Part shown: one piece after another, positions 1-9,435 of the stretch
Layout of the letters: each line of letters starts with the position of its first letter
How positions within the stretch are numbered: the stretch's first letter is position 1
Assembly (NCBI GenBank): GCA_035444565.1
Contig: DAOMOX010000001.1
Coordinates: 258,335 to 322,334, forward strand
Source: Candidatus Dojkabacteria bacterium
GTDB taxonomy: Bacteria; Patescibacteriota; Dojkabacteria; B142; OLB20
Direction of reading: 5' to 3'
Length of the DNA: 64,000 bases
Position numbers and translations under genes: made by a program
Notes under the pieces: generated by a model
Database searches by the model: none
Told to the model about the DNA's origin: nothing
The model's input: the letters and a program-made list of their open reading frames with translations, nothing else

Positions 1-147
1 AGAATTTTCGTGCGTAGGGGAGGACCAAATTATAAAAGAGGACTTGAATTCATGAAAAGTATAGCTGAGAAATATAATATTGAGATAACAGTACATGGTC
101 CCGAGATGTATATGACAGAGGTGGTCAAATTGGCACTAGAAACCTAA
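1..147 (+). CDS. aclB: ATP-citrate lyase small/beta subunit (ATP-grasp, succinyl-CoA-synthetase-beta-like), C-terminal fragment cut by window edge
   Basis: Frame-1 translation RIFVRRGGPNYKRGLEFMKSIAEKYNIEITVHGPEMYMTEVVKLALET* ends at 147. The 'FVRRGGPNY(Q/K)(E/R)GL...HV/HGxE' block matches the conserved C-terminus that precedes the CoA-ligase-alpha-like part of ACL (cf. eukaryotic ACLY 'IFVRRGGPNYQEGL'). aclA follows 18 bp downstream. Confidence 0.6.
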   Translation, partial: RIFVRRGGPNYKRGLEFMKSIAEKYNIEITVHGPEMYMTEVVKLALET

Positions 148-165
148 TAATTTATAAATTTAAAA

Positions 166-1977
166 ATGCAGGAACTATTTACGAAAAATACTAAAGTAAT
201 CTTTTATAATGAGCATCCGGTGCCTATTCAAGCAATGCTCGATTACGATTGGATTTGCGCAAAATCAGAACCATGTGTTTCTGCAATCGTAAACCCAAAG
301 AAATCGGGTTTCCATAAGACTTTTTTCGGACCAAAGGAGATACTCATACCAGTTTTCAAGATACTGGAAGAGGCCGTCCGATATGATTCAAAAGCAGATG
401 TGTTAATCAATTTTGCTTCAGTAAGAAGTAGTTTTGAGAGTACTAAAGTTGCGCTAGAAACTCCAAATATACGGACTGTGATTTTGGTAGCGGAAGGAAT
501 CCCCGAAAATCAGACCAGAGAACTTATTAGACTAGCCAAGGAAAACAAGAAATGGATAATAGGACCTTCAACAGTTGGAGCAATCAAAGCGGGTGCGATT
601 CGAGTAGGATATAGTGGTGGAAGTAGTGAAAACATCATCGAAAGCAAACTTTACCAACCTGGAAGTGTAGGAGTGGTGACAGTTTCAGGAGGAATGTCGA
701 ATGAGGTTTATAGCATAGTGAATAACAATACTGACGGTGTGAACGAAGGTGTGGCGATAGGAGGTGACACTTATCCTGGATCAACACTTTTAGAGAATGT
801 CATGAGATTACACGACAATCCTGAGATTAAAATGTTGGTAGTTTTAGGAGAAATCGGAGGCACTGACGAATACGAAATTGCAGATGCAATTAAATCAGGA
901 AAAATTAATAAGCCAGTTGTGGCATGGGTGAGTGGGACTGTTGCAGAATTATTCCCAACTGAAGTTCAATTTGGCCACGCAGGTGCGAGATCAGGTAGTC
1001 GTAAAGTATCAGCAGTAGCGAAGAACAAGGCACTTAAAGAAGCTGGGGCATTTGTTCCCAAATCATTCAATCAATTTGGTTATTTAATTAAAAAGGTTTT
1101 TGATGATGAAGTCCGAAAGAAAAAAGACTATATACTTCCTACTCAAGTAACTCCTCAAATCCCCGCGCTTGACTTTGATAGTGCAATTAGAGACGGATTA
1201 GTTAGGAGAAGTACTTCAATAATATCTGGAATCAGTGACGATAGAGGAGAGAAACTCTCTTACAATGGCGTTGATATTGATAAAATCGTTGATAAACCAT
1301 TATCTTTCACGATAAATGCACTTTGGTTTGAAAACCGACTGGATAAAACCGGGATGGATTTCCTAGAATTGTGCTTGAAACTAACTGCAGATCACGGACC
1401 AGCAGTTGTAACAGCACATAACGCAATTACTACAGCTAGAGCTGGTAAGGACTTGGTTTCTTCTGTAGTTTCTGGACTCTTAACAATTGGACCGAGACAT
1501 GGTGGAGCAATTAATGATGCAGCAAAATGGCAGTTCGAATGTATCACCAATCAAATTGATTCAGCAGATTTTGTAAAGGAGATGAATTCTAAAGGGGAAT
1601 TAATTATGGGAATAGGGCATAGAATCAAATCTATTCAAAATCCAGATGAGAGAGTTCAACTAATTAAGAAATTTGCTAAAAAAAATCTAAAACAGACAGA
1701 ACATTTGGAATTTGCTTTAGAAGTGGAGAACGAAACTACGAAGAAAAAGAACAACTTGATCCTGAATGTCGATGGAGCAATCGGAGCAGTTTTCTTGGAC
1801 ATTTTAAAGTCCAATAAATATGAGGATGAAGAAATTTTGGAACTGATTGAAATGGAATTGTTTAATGCGATATTTTTACTAGGTAGAACAATAGGAATCA
1901 TAGGACATGTATTAGACCAGAAAAGAATGAAGGAGCCGCTTTACAGGCACCCTTGGGACGATATTTTGTATAAGTAA
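166..1977 (+). CDS. aclA: ATP-citrate lyase large/alpha subunit (CoA-ligase-alpha-like domain fused to citrate-synthase-like domain)
   Basis: 603 aa. It carries blocks I recognise from ACLY: WGHKEILIPVFK-like 'FGPKEILIPVFK', VLINFAS, IGPSTVGAIK, SKLYQPGSV, SGGMSNE, DGVNEGVAIGGDTYPGSTL, VVLGEIGGTDEYE, VQFGHAGA (phospho-His loop), AVAKNKALKEAG, TADHGPAV, ARAGKDLVSS, GLLTIG. The citrate-synthase-like tail has GELIMGIGHRIKSIQNPD, NLILNVDG, GHVLDQKRMK, LYRHPWDDI. Confidence 0.8.
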   Translation: MQELFTKNTKVIFYNEHPVPIQAMLDYDWICAKSEPCVSAIVNPKKSGFHKTFFGPKEILIPVFKILEEAVRYDSKADVLINFASVRSSFESTKVALETPNIRTVILVAEGIPENQTRELIRLAKENKKWIIGPSTVGAIKAGAIRVGYSGGSSENIIESKLYQPGSVGVVTVSGGMSNEVYSIVNNNTDGVNEGVAIGGDTYPGSTLLENVMRLHDNPEIKMLVVLGEIGGTDEYEIADAIKSGKINKPVVAWVSGTVAELFPTEVQFGHAGARSGSRKVSAVAKNKALKEAGAFVPKSFNQFGYLIKKVFDDEVRKKKDYILPTQVTPQIPALDFDSAIRDGLVRRSTSIISGISDDRGEKLSYNGVDIDKIVDKPLSFTINALWFENRLDKTGMDFLELCLKLTADHGPAVVTAHNAITTARAGKDLVSSVVSGLLTIGPRHGGAINDAAKWQFECITNQIDSADFVKEMNSKGELIMGIGHRIKSIQNPDERVQLIKKFAKKNLKQTEHLEFALEVENETTKKKNNLILNVDGAIGAVFLDILKSNKYEDEEILELIEMELFNAIFLLGRTIGIIGHVLDQKRMKEPLYRHPWDDILYK

Positions 1978-2022
1978 TGGGTGTTGAGTATAATTATTTC
2001 AATTAATCATTAACCTTACAGG

Positions 2023-3021
2023 ATGAACATACTATTAACAGGCGGAGCAGGGTATATCGGATCACATTGCACTTTAGAGTTGATAAAAAGAGGCCATAAA
2101 GTAACCGTACTGGACAATCTCGAGCGAGGTCACCAAGAAACACTAGATTCAATCAAGCAACAAGCAGGGGAGTTTGAATTTTTAAAACTCGACCTACGAA
2201 ACCTTACTGATCTTCGAAACGGATTGAGAGACAAGCAATTTGATGCAGTGATACACTTTGCCGCTTATATTGACGTAGGAGAATCAGTCAGAGAACCTGC
2301 AAAGTATTTTGAGAATAATGTAGTAGGTAGCCAATATTTATTCCAGATACTTTTAGAAAATAAAGTAAATAATGTAATTTTCTCTTCAAGTGCTGCAGTT
2401 TATGGGACACAAGAAATCGTTCCAATTCCAGAAACCGCAGAAAAGCATCCTGACAGCCCTTATGGGGAAACGAAGTTATTGATGGAAATGATTCTTGAAA
2501 ACTATTGCCAATATTCAGGTATGAACGCCGTGGCTTTGAGATATTTCAATCCATCTGGAGCAGAAGGGAACATAGGGGAGAGGCATTACCCAGAAACTCA
2601 TGCAGTTCCTCGAGTATTAAAAGCATTGATGGATGATAATTTCACATTCGGAGTTTTCGGAGATGACTATAATACTCCTGATGGTAGTTGTATCCGAGAC
2701 TTTATTCATATTCAAGACTTAGTAGATGCCCATATCGCCTGTATAGATTTTTTGAACAATAACAAAGGTTTCCATGCATTTAATGTAGCTACTGGTAAAG
2801 GCACAAGTGTTTTAGAGCTAATAAATACAGCAGAGGAGGTATCTGGTAGAAAATTAGACTACAAAATCCAACCAAGACGAGAAGGCGATCCAGCACAACT
2901 TGTTGCAGACCCCATAAAAATCAACTCAGAGATTGGCTGGAAAGCTAAATTTGATATCAAAGACATCCTCAAGTCAGCTTGGGAGTTCGAACAGAAACGC
3001 CCGGAGAGCGATTATCAGTGA
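2023..3021 (+). CDS. galE: UDP-glucose 4-epimerase (extended SDR)
   Basis: N-terminal MNILLTGGAGYIGSH Rossmann motif, SSSAAVYG, YGETK (YxxxK catalytic motif), 332 aa typical GalE length. Confidence 0.8.
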   Translation: MNILLTGGAGYIGSHCTLELIKRGHKVTVLDNLERGHQETLDSIKQQAGEFEFLKLDLRNLTDLRNGLRDKQFDAVIHFAAYIDVGESVREPAKYFENNVVGSQYLFQILLENKVNNVIFSSSAAVYGTQEIVPIPETAEKHPDSPYGETKLLMEMILENYCQYSGMNAVALRYFNPSGAEGNIGERHYPETHAVPRVLKALMDDNFTFGVFGDDYNTPDGSCIRDFIHIQDLVDAHIACIDFLNNNKGFHAFNVATGKGTSVLELINTAEEVSGRKLDYKIQPRREGDPAQLVADPIKINSEIGWKAKFDIKDILKSAWEFEQKRPESDYQ

Positions 3022-3042
3022 GGTAGTATCCTGGTTTAACAA

Positions 3043-3462
3043 GTAATCCCACCCCCGAAGTCATTCCGCGGTTTAACCGCGGAATCTCGTTCTTCCTATG
3101 GGTACGCTAGAGAAAGTATACGAGACTCCGTGCTTAAAGCACGGAGTGACGGCGAGTATGGCATTCCTAGGAAAATCCACCCCGAAGTCTTCCCGTGGTT
3201 TAACCACGGGAACCCGTTTTACCGATAAGCACGGAATTTCGTTCTTCCTATAAGTGCGCTTGAAAGATTATACGAGACTCCGCGATTAAATCGCGGAGTG
3301 ACGGCGAGTGGGGTATTCCAAGGAAATCCGACCTAGTGGTCGTTCCGCGGCTTGACTGCGGAACCTCGTTCTTCCTTTAGGTGCGCTTGAGAAAGTATAC
3401 GGGACTCCGTGGTCCCTCCCTTTCGGCAGGGCAAGCAAGCCACGGAGAGACTTCAGACAACT
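3043..3462 (+). repeat. Array 1 of a GC-rich composite palindromic intergenic repeat: about 3 tandem ~128-bp units, each with palindrome A (ATTCCGCGGTTTAACCGCGGAAT-type) and palindrome B (ACTCCGTGCTTAAAGCACGGAGT-type) joined by conserved linkers
   Basis: Read directly. Perfect 23-nt palindromes at 3064-3086 and 3125-3147. Variants at 3191-3211, 3277-3299 and 3341-3363. The last B copy at 3403-3447 carries a nested insert 'tccctccctttcggcagggcaagcaag'. The linkers 'tcgttcttcctat(a/g)ggtgcgcttgagaaagtatacgagactc' and 'gacggcgagtggggtattcc(t/a)aggaaatcc' recur. The array is GC-rich against the AT-rich flanks. Confidence 0.85.
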
Positions 3463-3671
3463 TAACCCCATACTTATCCACAATCGATACAAAAGTTTTA
3501 GCCCTATAGTTATCCACATTTGTTAACTTATCGTATCTTTTTCGTATCTCCCTTATTTGACTTATGCTGTGAAACAATTAAAGTGTATATCGAAAATTTA
3601 CCAAATATCGCCCTACTCTCGTTACAAAAATTCCAAAACTATGGTTTAATACAGGTATAGCTTTTTTCACT

Positions 3672-4754
3672 ATGAAAATAGGAATAGATTTATCCCCCGT
3701 AGAGAAAGATCCAGCCGGTATAGGCCAATATTCACTTAGCCTGTTCACTGAATTATGCAAGATTGATAAAAAGAACACATATATTGTTTACACCACTGCC
3801 CCATTTCTGTTCGCAAATACAAAAAACAAAGTAATCAAAGTAAATAAAAAACTACCTGCTTATGGAAGTCGATGGATGAAATCCGTTGCAGAAGATGCGA
3901 AAAAGGAAGAATTGGATTTGTTCATCTCCCCTTCTAATCATCTTTTCACAAAGCTATTTCCCAAAACTATCCAGTATGTCCACGATTTGGCACCTATAAA
4001 ATATCCGAAATTCTTCGGAAGGAGAGCCTCACTCAAATACAAAGCCACTCTTAAGCTTGCTACTTCAAAGGCTTTGCAGATTCTAACCATAAGCCAGTCA
4101 GTTAAAGATGAAATCGTTAATGCGTATCCGAAAACTAAGGGAAAGATTAACTACATTTATCCTGGTTTGAATAAATGGATTGAACTTGAGAACAAAGATC
4201 CTAATGCAATTATGGATAAATATGCCATTGATTATGACTACATTCTTACCTTGAGCACACTTGAACCTCGAAAGAACCATATTAATATGATTAAAGCATT
4301 CCATTTATTCAAAAAATCCACTAACTCACCACTGAAATTCGCAATTATTGGCAAGAAGGGTTGGTTCTTTGATGAGATTTTCAAAATCGTTGCAGACCTC
4401 AACCTAGAGACCGAGGTTAAGTTCCTAGGCTATGTACCTAATCAAGAACTCAACCCAATTATAAAGAAAGCAAAAGCATTTATGTTCATGAGCTTTTATG
4501 AAGGATTCGGTATTCCTCCCATCGAGGCATTAAGTCTAAATGTGAAAACACTTGTTTCCGATATCCCAATCTTCCATGAAGCTTTTCAGGACAAAGTCGT
4601 GTATACAGATCCCTATTCACCTGATAAAATAGCCCTTGCAATACAAAAGATCCTGGAACGAAATCACCAAAATACAGAGAAGTTCGTAGAGGATCGATAT
4701 AGCTGGGAAAAGTCAGCGCACAAACTATTATCGATTATTAATGAGTATAGATAA
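3672..4754 (+). CDS. Glycosyltransferase, GT4 family (GT-B fold)
   Basis: 360 aa. C-terminal 'FMFMSFYEGFGIPPIEALS' is the EX7E motif region typical of GT4 retaining glycosyltransferases. Confidence 0.75.
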   Translation: MKIGIDLSPVEKDPAGIGQYSLSLFTELCKIDKKNTYIVYTTAPFLFANTKNKVIKVNKKLPAYGSRWMKSVAEDAKKEELDLFISPSNHLFTKLFPKTIQYVHDLAPIKYPKFFGRRASLKYKATLKLATSKALQILTISQSVKDEIVNAYPKTKGKINYIYPGLNKWIELENKDPNAIMDKYAIDYDYILTLSTLEPRKNHINMIKAFHLFKKSTNSPLKFAIIGKKGWFFDEIFKIVADLNLETEVKFLGYVPNQELNPIIKKAKAFMFMSFYEGFGIPPIEALSLNVKTLVSDIPIFHEAFQDKVVYTDPYSPDKIALAIQKILERNHQNTEKFVEDRYSWEKSAHKLLSIINEYR

Positions 4755-5292
4755 AAAAATATTAAAACAGTTTACCAAAGACGCAATTCGGAACCCCCTC
4801 TCTGTTTTTAAATACAGCTTTTTTAGATATATATTAATCGGAGTTTTAACGGTATTTGTGGGATTTGGAATTTTTAATTTCATTTCACTTACATCTGATA
4901 TTCACGGAGGAGCTGCAAACTTCATAGCAACCTTAATTTCATTAATATTTAATTTTTCCATGTCATACGCCTGGACTTTCAAGGTTCAGGGTAAACAAAA
5001 GATTAGAAGTCTTACAAGATACTCTATTCTTGCAGCCTTTAATCTGAGTTTCGAGACATTTTCCATGTATGGTTTCATAGAGTTACTTGAGTCTAGATTA
5101 ATAGACTTTTTGTTAAAGAGTCCAAATGTTGTGAAATTTGCCGACTTCATATTGGTCGAAATGAGCTTCTACGAAGGAACCCAGGAAGGACTTATGCAGG
5201 CAATATTGCGAAACTTACTTAAAGTGATTGCGTTATTAATGATCATTTCTTGGAATTTTGTACTCTATAAGAGATGGGTTTTTAAGAGATAA
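4741..5292 (+). CDS. GtrA-family membrane protein (polysaccharide-synthesis flippase-associated small membrane protein)
   Basis: 183 aa with 4 predicted hydrophobic helices. C-terminus 'WNFVLYKRWVFK' resembles the GtrA family signature. Overlaps the upstream GT4 gene by 14 bp. Confidence 0.5.
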   Translation: MSIDKKILKQFTKDAIRNPLSVFKYSFFRYILIGVLTVFVGFGIFNFISLTSDIHGGAANFIATLISLIFNFSMSYAWTFKVQGKQKIRSLTRYSILAAFNLSFETFSMYGFIELLESRLIDFLLKSPNVVKFADFILVEMSFYEGTQEGLMQAILRNLLKVIALLMIISWNFVLYKRWVFKR

Positions 5293-5294
5293 CG

Positions 5295-5430
5295 ATACAT
5301 CTCGTAGTCATTCCGTGCTTTAAGCACGGAATCCCGATTTTCCTATAGGTGCGTTTGAGTGGGCTTACGAGACTCCGCGGTCCCTCCCTTCCGGCAGGGC
5401 AGGTAATCGCGGAGTGACAGATGGGGCCAA
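5295..5430 (+). repeat. Array 2 of the same composite palindromic repeat (one unit; the B palindrome carries the nested insert)
   Basis: Palindrome A variant attccgtgctttaagcacggaat at 5310-5332. Then the linker 'cccgattttcctataggtgcgtttgagtgggcttacgagactc'. The B palindrome is interrupted: actccgcgg-[tccctcccttccggcagggcaggtaa]-tcgcggagt at 5372-5415. Confidence 0.8.
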
Positions 5431-5432
5431 AG

Positions 5433-7643
5433 CTAAACGTACATTCCCAAAACTTCCCTACTCTGCTTCTCCCACGAATTCTCTTCTACATACCTACGGA
5501 CTTTGGAAAGTTCACTCTGATACAAATTATTATCTTCAAAGAGTCTTTTCACGCCATCAACGATGGTTTGTGGTTTGTTGTCGCCTATACGGTAGCCGAC
5601 ATCACCAAGATCACTAAAAATCGCGGAATTTGAAATAACAACTGGTCGTTGAGAAGCAAAAGAATATCGTACTGCCCCACTCGCCCCTTCTTGTAAATCG
5701 GAATATGGAAGTACTATCACATCTGCAATGTGTAACAATTTGATAATCTCTTGTTTTTCAATAAAATCCGAAACAAAGATGACATTATCCTCTAGATTAT
5801 TTTCTTTAACCATCTCTTTCATCTGGTGAAAAACTGCTGAAGATGTTGAATTATCAGTATTTACAGCGTTGACACTCAACAACAATATTTGTGGAAAATC
5901 ATTTTTTAGAATTTTAAGTGCATCAATTGTTTCTAACAATCCTTTGTGTTCGTGAATTAAACCATGGGAGGCAATTATAGGAGTGTTTTTTAATTCCAAT
6001 TTTTCTCTGAGCTTAAGTTTGTTTTCATCAGTGAAAACTCTTACTCCATGTGTAAAGATTTCTGTATTATTCATACCACCCTGCTTTAGTTTCTCAAAGT
6101 CTTTTTGCGAATGGACAATTATTTTATCTACACGAGACACCTCTTCAGCATATTTCTTGAGATTAATTTCTGGAATAGAATGAATTGTCAAAAACACTTT
6201 TTTCTCTCTATTTTTTAATTCTTTAACAAGATTTGATAATGATTCGAGAGAATAAAATGGCCCATTGTATTGAATATGAACTATTTCAGGGCCAAACTTA
6301 TCAATTTCTGACAAAGTGGAGGTAAAGTCTTTTTCCGAATATTCCCATGTTCTAACGATTTTTTCATCGTCCTTGAATACAATTTCAGCGTCTGAGTTAG
6401 CGAAGTATCGAACATCTTCAAAAGCTCCTTCGATCAAAGGGTATAAATCCCGACTGTATTCAGCAATTCCGCATTTAGAGTTGTACGTCGTTATTACAGC
6501 TAATTTCTGCTCTTTTAATGGTTTAATTTTCTTCAAATATTCTATGAATTCTAGTACTTTCTTAGAAGTCCACTCCCAAGTTAGAGTCTTGGCTGTGTTA
6601 TATGCTTTCTCGACTTTTGAATTAACTTCCAACTCACCACGATTCTCGAAAAGATAACGCATTGTTTTCTTAAGTTGCTCAATGTCTGGTTCTGCCCAGA
6701 AGGAATTGTGCAAATCTAATTGAGACTCGGCTTTAACCAATTCGTAATCAATTAACCACGTATTTTCTTCGGAAACGAAATCCATCTGTCCACTATACGC
6801 AGTTGTAACGACAGGAAGCTGCTTTAACATTGCTTCAGCGACAGGCAATCCAAATCCTTCCGCCCTACTTGGAATAATTACAGCATCAACTTGTTCGTAC
6901 AGAGAAGCAATCTGGCCCTCAGTTAAATTCAAATCATAGATAACGTCGATTTCAGGAGAATTGCTTTTATCCAAGTCTTTTAATAACTCGGGGATAATGT
7001 TTGATTCGTTTCGGTAAGTTTTAATCACAAGTGCAACATCTTCAGAAACATCAAACTCTTCTGTGAAAGCTTTGATTAATACATCCACTCCTTTTCGAGG
7101 TAAACCAGAACTTATATGGAGAAACTTATAGCTTTTTTTAGTTTTCAATTTATATTCTTCGGACTTTAATAAGTTTTGATTTATTCCTTCGCTGACATTC
7201 ACAATCGGAATTGTCAAACCAGAGTTTCGCATGACTTGTAAGACATGTTCGCTGGTGACCATCAATCCATGTAACTCTCGATTAAATTCTTCAATGATTT
7301 TATGTGGAAAAACGGATTCCTCCCAAGCCAGATAGCCGATTTTTATGTCCGCATCAACTTTATCCAAGCCGAAACTGTGAGGGAATGTTTTGGGGAAAGT
7401 ATTGATAATCGCAACTGCACTATGCTCTTTATCTTCAGCATACAAATCCTTGAGTAATGGATATCTTAAAAGATCATCTTTTGTAGGAAGACGATCAGCA
7501 AGATTGTGGTCACCCCAGAGCTTTATATCGTATTTATCTGTGAGAGATACCAGACTTGTCGCTAGTTCTCGGTTCACTTTCGCCAATGAATACTCAGTAG
7601 CAAAAGGTCCGATGATTCGAATTTCAGGCTTATTTTGACTCAT
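5433..7643 (-). CDS. Two-domain glycosyltransferase (tandem GT4/GT-B modules)
   Basis: 736 aa. The first half has 'SRAEGFGLPVAEAM' (EX7E-like). The second half begins 'KLAVITTYNSKCGIAEYSRDL' and ends 'LQEGASGAVRYSFASQRPVVISN', another GT4-like C-terminus. Confidence 0.6.
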   Translation of the reverse strand: MSQNKPEIRIIGPFATEYSLAKVNRELATSLVSLTDKYDIKLWGDHNLADRLPTKDDLLRYPLLKDLYAEDKEHSAVAIINTFPKTFPHSFGLDKVDADIKIGYLAWEESVFPHKIIEEFNRELHGLMVTSEHVLQVMRNSGLTIPIVNVSEGINQNLLKSEEYKLKTKKSYKFLHISSGLPRKGVDVLIKAFTEEFDVSEDVALVIKTYRNESNIIPELLKDLDKSNSPEIDVIYDLNLTEGQIASLYEQVDAVIIPSRAEGFGLPVAEAMLKQLPVVTTAYSGQMDFVSEENTWLIDYELVKAESQLDLHNSFWAEPDIEQLKKTMRYLFENRGELEVNSKVEKAYNTAKTLTWEWTSKKVLEFIEYLKKIKPLKEQKLAVITTYNSKCGIAEYSRDLYPLIEGAFEDVRYFANSDAEIVFKDDEKIVRTWEYSEKDFTSTLSEIDKFGPEIVHIQYNGPFYSLESLSNLVKELKNREKKVFLTIHSIPEINLKKYAEEVSRVDKIIVHSQKDFEKLKQGGMNNTEIFTHGVRVFTDENKLKLREKLELKNTPIIASHGLIHEHKGLLETIDALKILKNDFPQILLLSVNAVNTDNSTSSAVFHQMKEMVKENNLEDNVIFVSDFIEKQEIIKLLHIADVIVLPYSDLQEGASGAVRYSFASQRPVVISNSAIFSDLGDVGYRIGDNKPQTIVDGVKRLFEDNNLYQSELSKVRRYVEENSWEKQSREVLGMYV

Positions 7644-8031
7644 CTTTATTTTTTCCTTCTAATTTATCGAGTCTTTCCTTTAAATCGCGATTTTCATTAT
7701 ATAAATGCATTAATAATGTGTATGAATTGTCATTGAATTTCTGTTGCCTCATAACACTCTTCTCGACTACGTTTCTCGCGACATTACCAATTTTTCCAAG
7801 TGTAAGATTTTTCAATTTGCCAATTATACCTGATTTCTCAAATAGAAAAGGCTCGTATATAAATCTCCCAGCATCGCGGAACTTATCCAATGCAGGGAGA
7901 AGATAAGTTTCTACTTCATTCTCAAGTTCAACCTTGTCTTGAGTTGATAAACCCTCTTTTTTTAGGACTTGCCTTACCCTATCGAGCAACTGCTCTCCTC
8001 TTACGACTGACTCTTGTTTCGAATTAGACAT
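7630..8031 (-). CDS. Hypothetical protein (charged, predicted coiled-coil)
   Basis: 133-aa ORF whose stop overlaps the start of the downstream tandem-GT gene (translational coupling). No recognisable motif. Confidence 0.4.
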   Translation of the reverse strand: MSNSKQESVVRGEQLLDRVRQVLKKEGLSTQDKVELENEVETYLLPALDKFRDAGRFIYEPFLFEKSGIIGKLKNLTLGKIGNVARNVVEKSVMRQQKFNDNSYTLLMHLYNENRDLKERLDKLEGKNKDESK

Positions 8032-8088
8032 GATTTACTATTACTAATGGTAGAATTCTACTATAATAAACTGCTAAATTAAACTTCC

Positions 8089-8898
8089 ATGGAGAAACAA
8101 CCTCTTGTAGCGATAATAATCGTGACCTGGAACAATCAGGATGAAATACGCGATTGTCTAGACTCCATAAAGAGATCCAACTACGAGCACCACAAAGTTG
8201 TTATTGTCGATAATGCTTCAAAAGACTCCACTACGGAAATAATAGATCAAGAATATTCCGAATTCGACTTAATCAAGAATGAAAAGAACTCACATTTCAC
8301 TGGCGGGAACAATATCGGCTTTAAGTATGCAATTGAGAAATATAATCCTGATTTTTTGATGATATTAAATCCTGATACGATTATTGATGCTGATGTGATT
8401 CATAAATTAGTCCAAATTTCTCAGAAAGACCATCTAGTTGGTGCAGTCGGACCAAAAATAAAGTTCAAAGGCGGCAAAAACGACGGTAAAATTAATTCAG
8501 CCAGCCTCTTCTATGATAATTTCCACTCTGCTTATGATCTCGGATTTGGGGAAGTCGACCAAGGTCAATTTAATGAGACGAAAGAAGTTTTTGCGGTGAC
8601 TGGTACTTGTATTTTATTTCGAACAGAAGTGATTAAAAAAACTGGTGGATTCTGGGAAATATTAAAAATGTACACAGACGAAGTTGAATTATTGATAAGG
8701 GTTCACAAACTAGGCTGGAAAGTTATCTATACTGGAGAAGTGACTGTCTGGCATAAATATATGAAGTCCACTAACCAAGAACATGAGACAAATTATGATA
8801 AACTGAAGATGAGAAATTGGTTACTCATCGCTTTAAGACACTACAGTATACGTGATAGACTCAGAATGATTCGAGATTATCTTAAATTTATTTTTTAA
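8089..8898 (+). CDS. Glycosyltransferase, GT2 family (rhamnosyltransferase-like)
   Basis: N-terminus 'VAIIIVTWNNQDEIRDCLDSIK...VVIVDNASKD' is a GT2 signature, with a DxD-like region later; 269 aa. Confidence 0.7.
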   Translation: MEKQPLVAIIIVTWNNQDEIRDCLDSIKRSNYEHHKVVIVDNASKDSTTEIIDQEYSEFDLIKNEKNSHFTGGNNIGFKYAIEKYNPDFLMILNPDTIIDADVIHKLVQISQKDHLVGAVGPKIKFKGGKNDGKINSASLFYDNFHSAYDLGFGEVDQGQFNETKEVFAVTGTCILFRTEVIKKTGGFWEILKMYTDEVELLIRVHKLGWKVIYTGEVTVWHKYMKSTNQEHETNYDKLKMRNWLLIALRHYSIRDRLRMIRDYLKFIF

Positions 8899-8907
8899 TA
8901 TTTTTCA

Positions 8908-9435
8908 ATGAAGCCATCACAAGTTACTGAAGAATGGTTGAAGAAACAAAAGTTCACCATCGAGAAAGGAATCACTATCGAAGGAGTATTTATGAAAGAA
9001 TTGAAAGCCCATGTTGATGATCGAGGAGATGTTATCGAACTTTGGAGTACTGCATGGCCAGAATATAAAGATGGGACTGTTATCAATACAACCCACAGCT
9101 ATCAAAGTGCTACTGACCCTGGAGTTGTGAAATGTTGGCATTTACACGAAATTCATACTGACCAGTTCACCGTAACTAGAGGTAAACTACAAGTTTCATT
9201 GGTGGATATTAGAGAAGGCTCCCCTACTTTCGGCAAAGCTAATTATATTATCATGGGGGAAGGAATTCCTAGGTTTTTGAAAATTCCAGCAGGAATTATG
9301 CATGGATGGAAAGCACTTGGAGACAAAGAGAGCATCGTGGTGAATTATCAATCCCACCCATATGACGCAAACGACGAATACAAATACACTTGGGACTGCG
9401 TTTTACCTGAGATTTGGGGACCACACAATGGCTAA
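8908..9435 (+). CDS. rfbC: dTDP-4-dehydrorhamnose 3,5-epimerase (RmlC cupin)
   Basis: 175 aa. 'GVFMKELKAHVDDRGDVIELWS' and 'HSYQS...KCWHLHE' match RmlC conserved His/Asp dyad regions. Confidence 0.8.
   Translation: MKPSQVTEEWLKKQKFTIEKGITIEGVFMKELKAHVDDRGDVIELWSTAWPEYKDGTVINTTHSYQSATDPGVVKCWHLHEIHTDQFTVTRGKLQVSLVDIREGSPTFGKANYIIMGEGIPRFLKIPAGIMHGWKALGDKESIVVNYQSHPYDANDEYKYTWDCVLPEIWGPHNG

Noticed and set aside
1656-1901. Numerous 60-170-aa antisense ORFs inside long genes (e.g. 1656-1901, 4098-4304, 18523-18868, 22107-22499, 46971-47468, 57665-58075, 59043-59351, 60307-60819)
   Set aside because: They are embedded antisense or out of frame within strongly supported genes (aclA, GT4, NDP-sugar dehydrogenase, membrane protein, metalloprotease, amidase, rny, fni). 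They are low-complexity or hydrophobic artefacts of AT-rich sequence.
3286-3778. Short ORFs 3286-3519(-), 3377-3577(-), 3578-3778(-) from the ORF track
   Set aside because: They lie inside or abut the GC-rich repeat array and the start of the GT4 gene. They have Arg/Pro/Gly-rich composition typical of spurious ORFs in GC-rich palindromic DNA. No motif or partner context.
5414-5633. ORFs 5414-5617(+) and 5421-5633(+)
   Set aside because: They begin in repeat array 2 and run antisense through the 3' end of the 5433-7643 glycosyltransferase gene. They are spurious.
9362-9427. 5' extension of the cupin ORF (track start 9362)
   Set aside because: The extension overlaps rfbC coding sequence in another frame for 66 bp. 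An in-frame ATG at 9428 overlapping the rfbC stop (ATGGCTAA) gives the usual translationally coupled arrangement.
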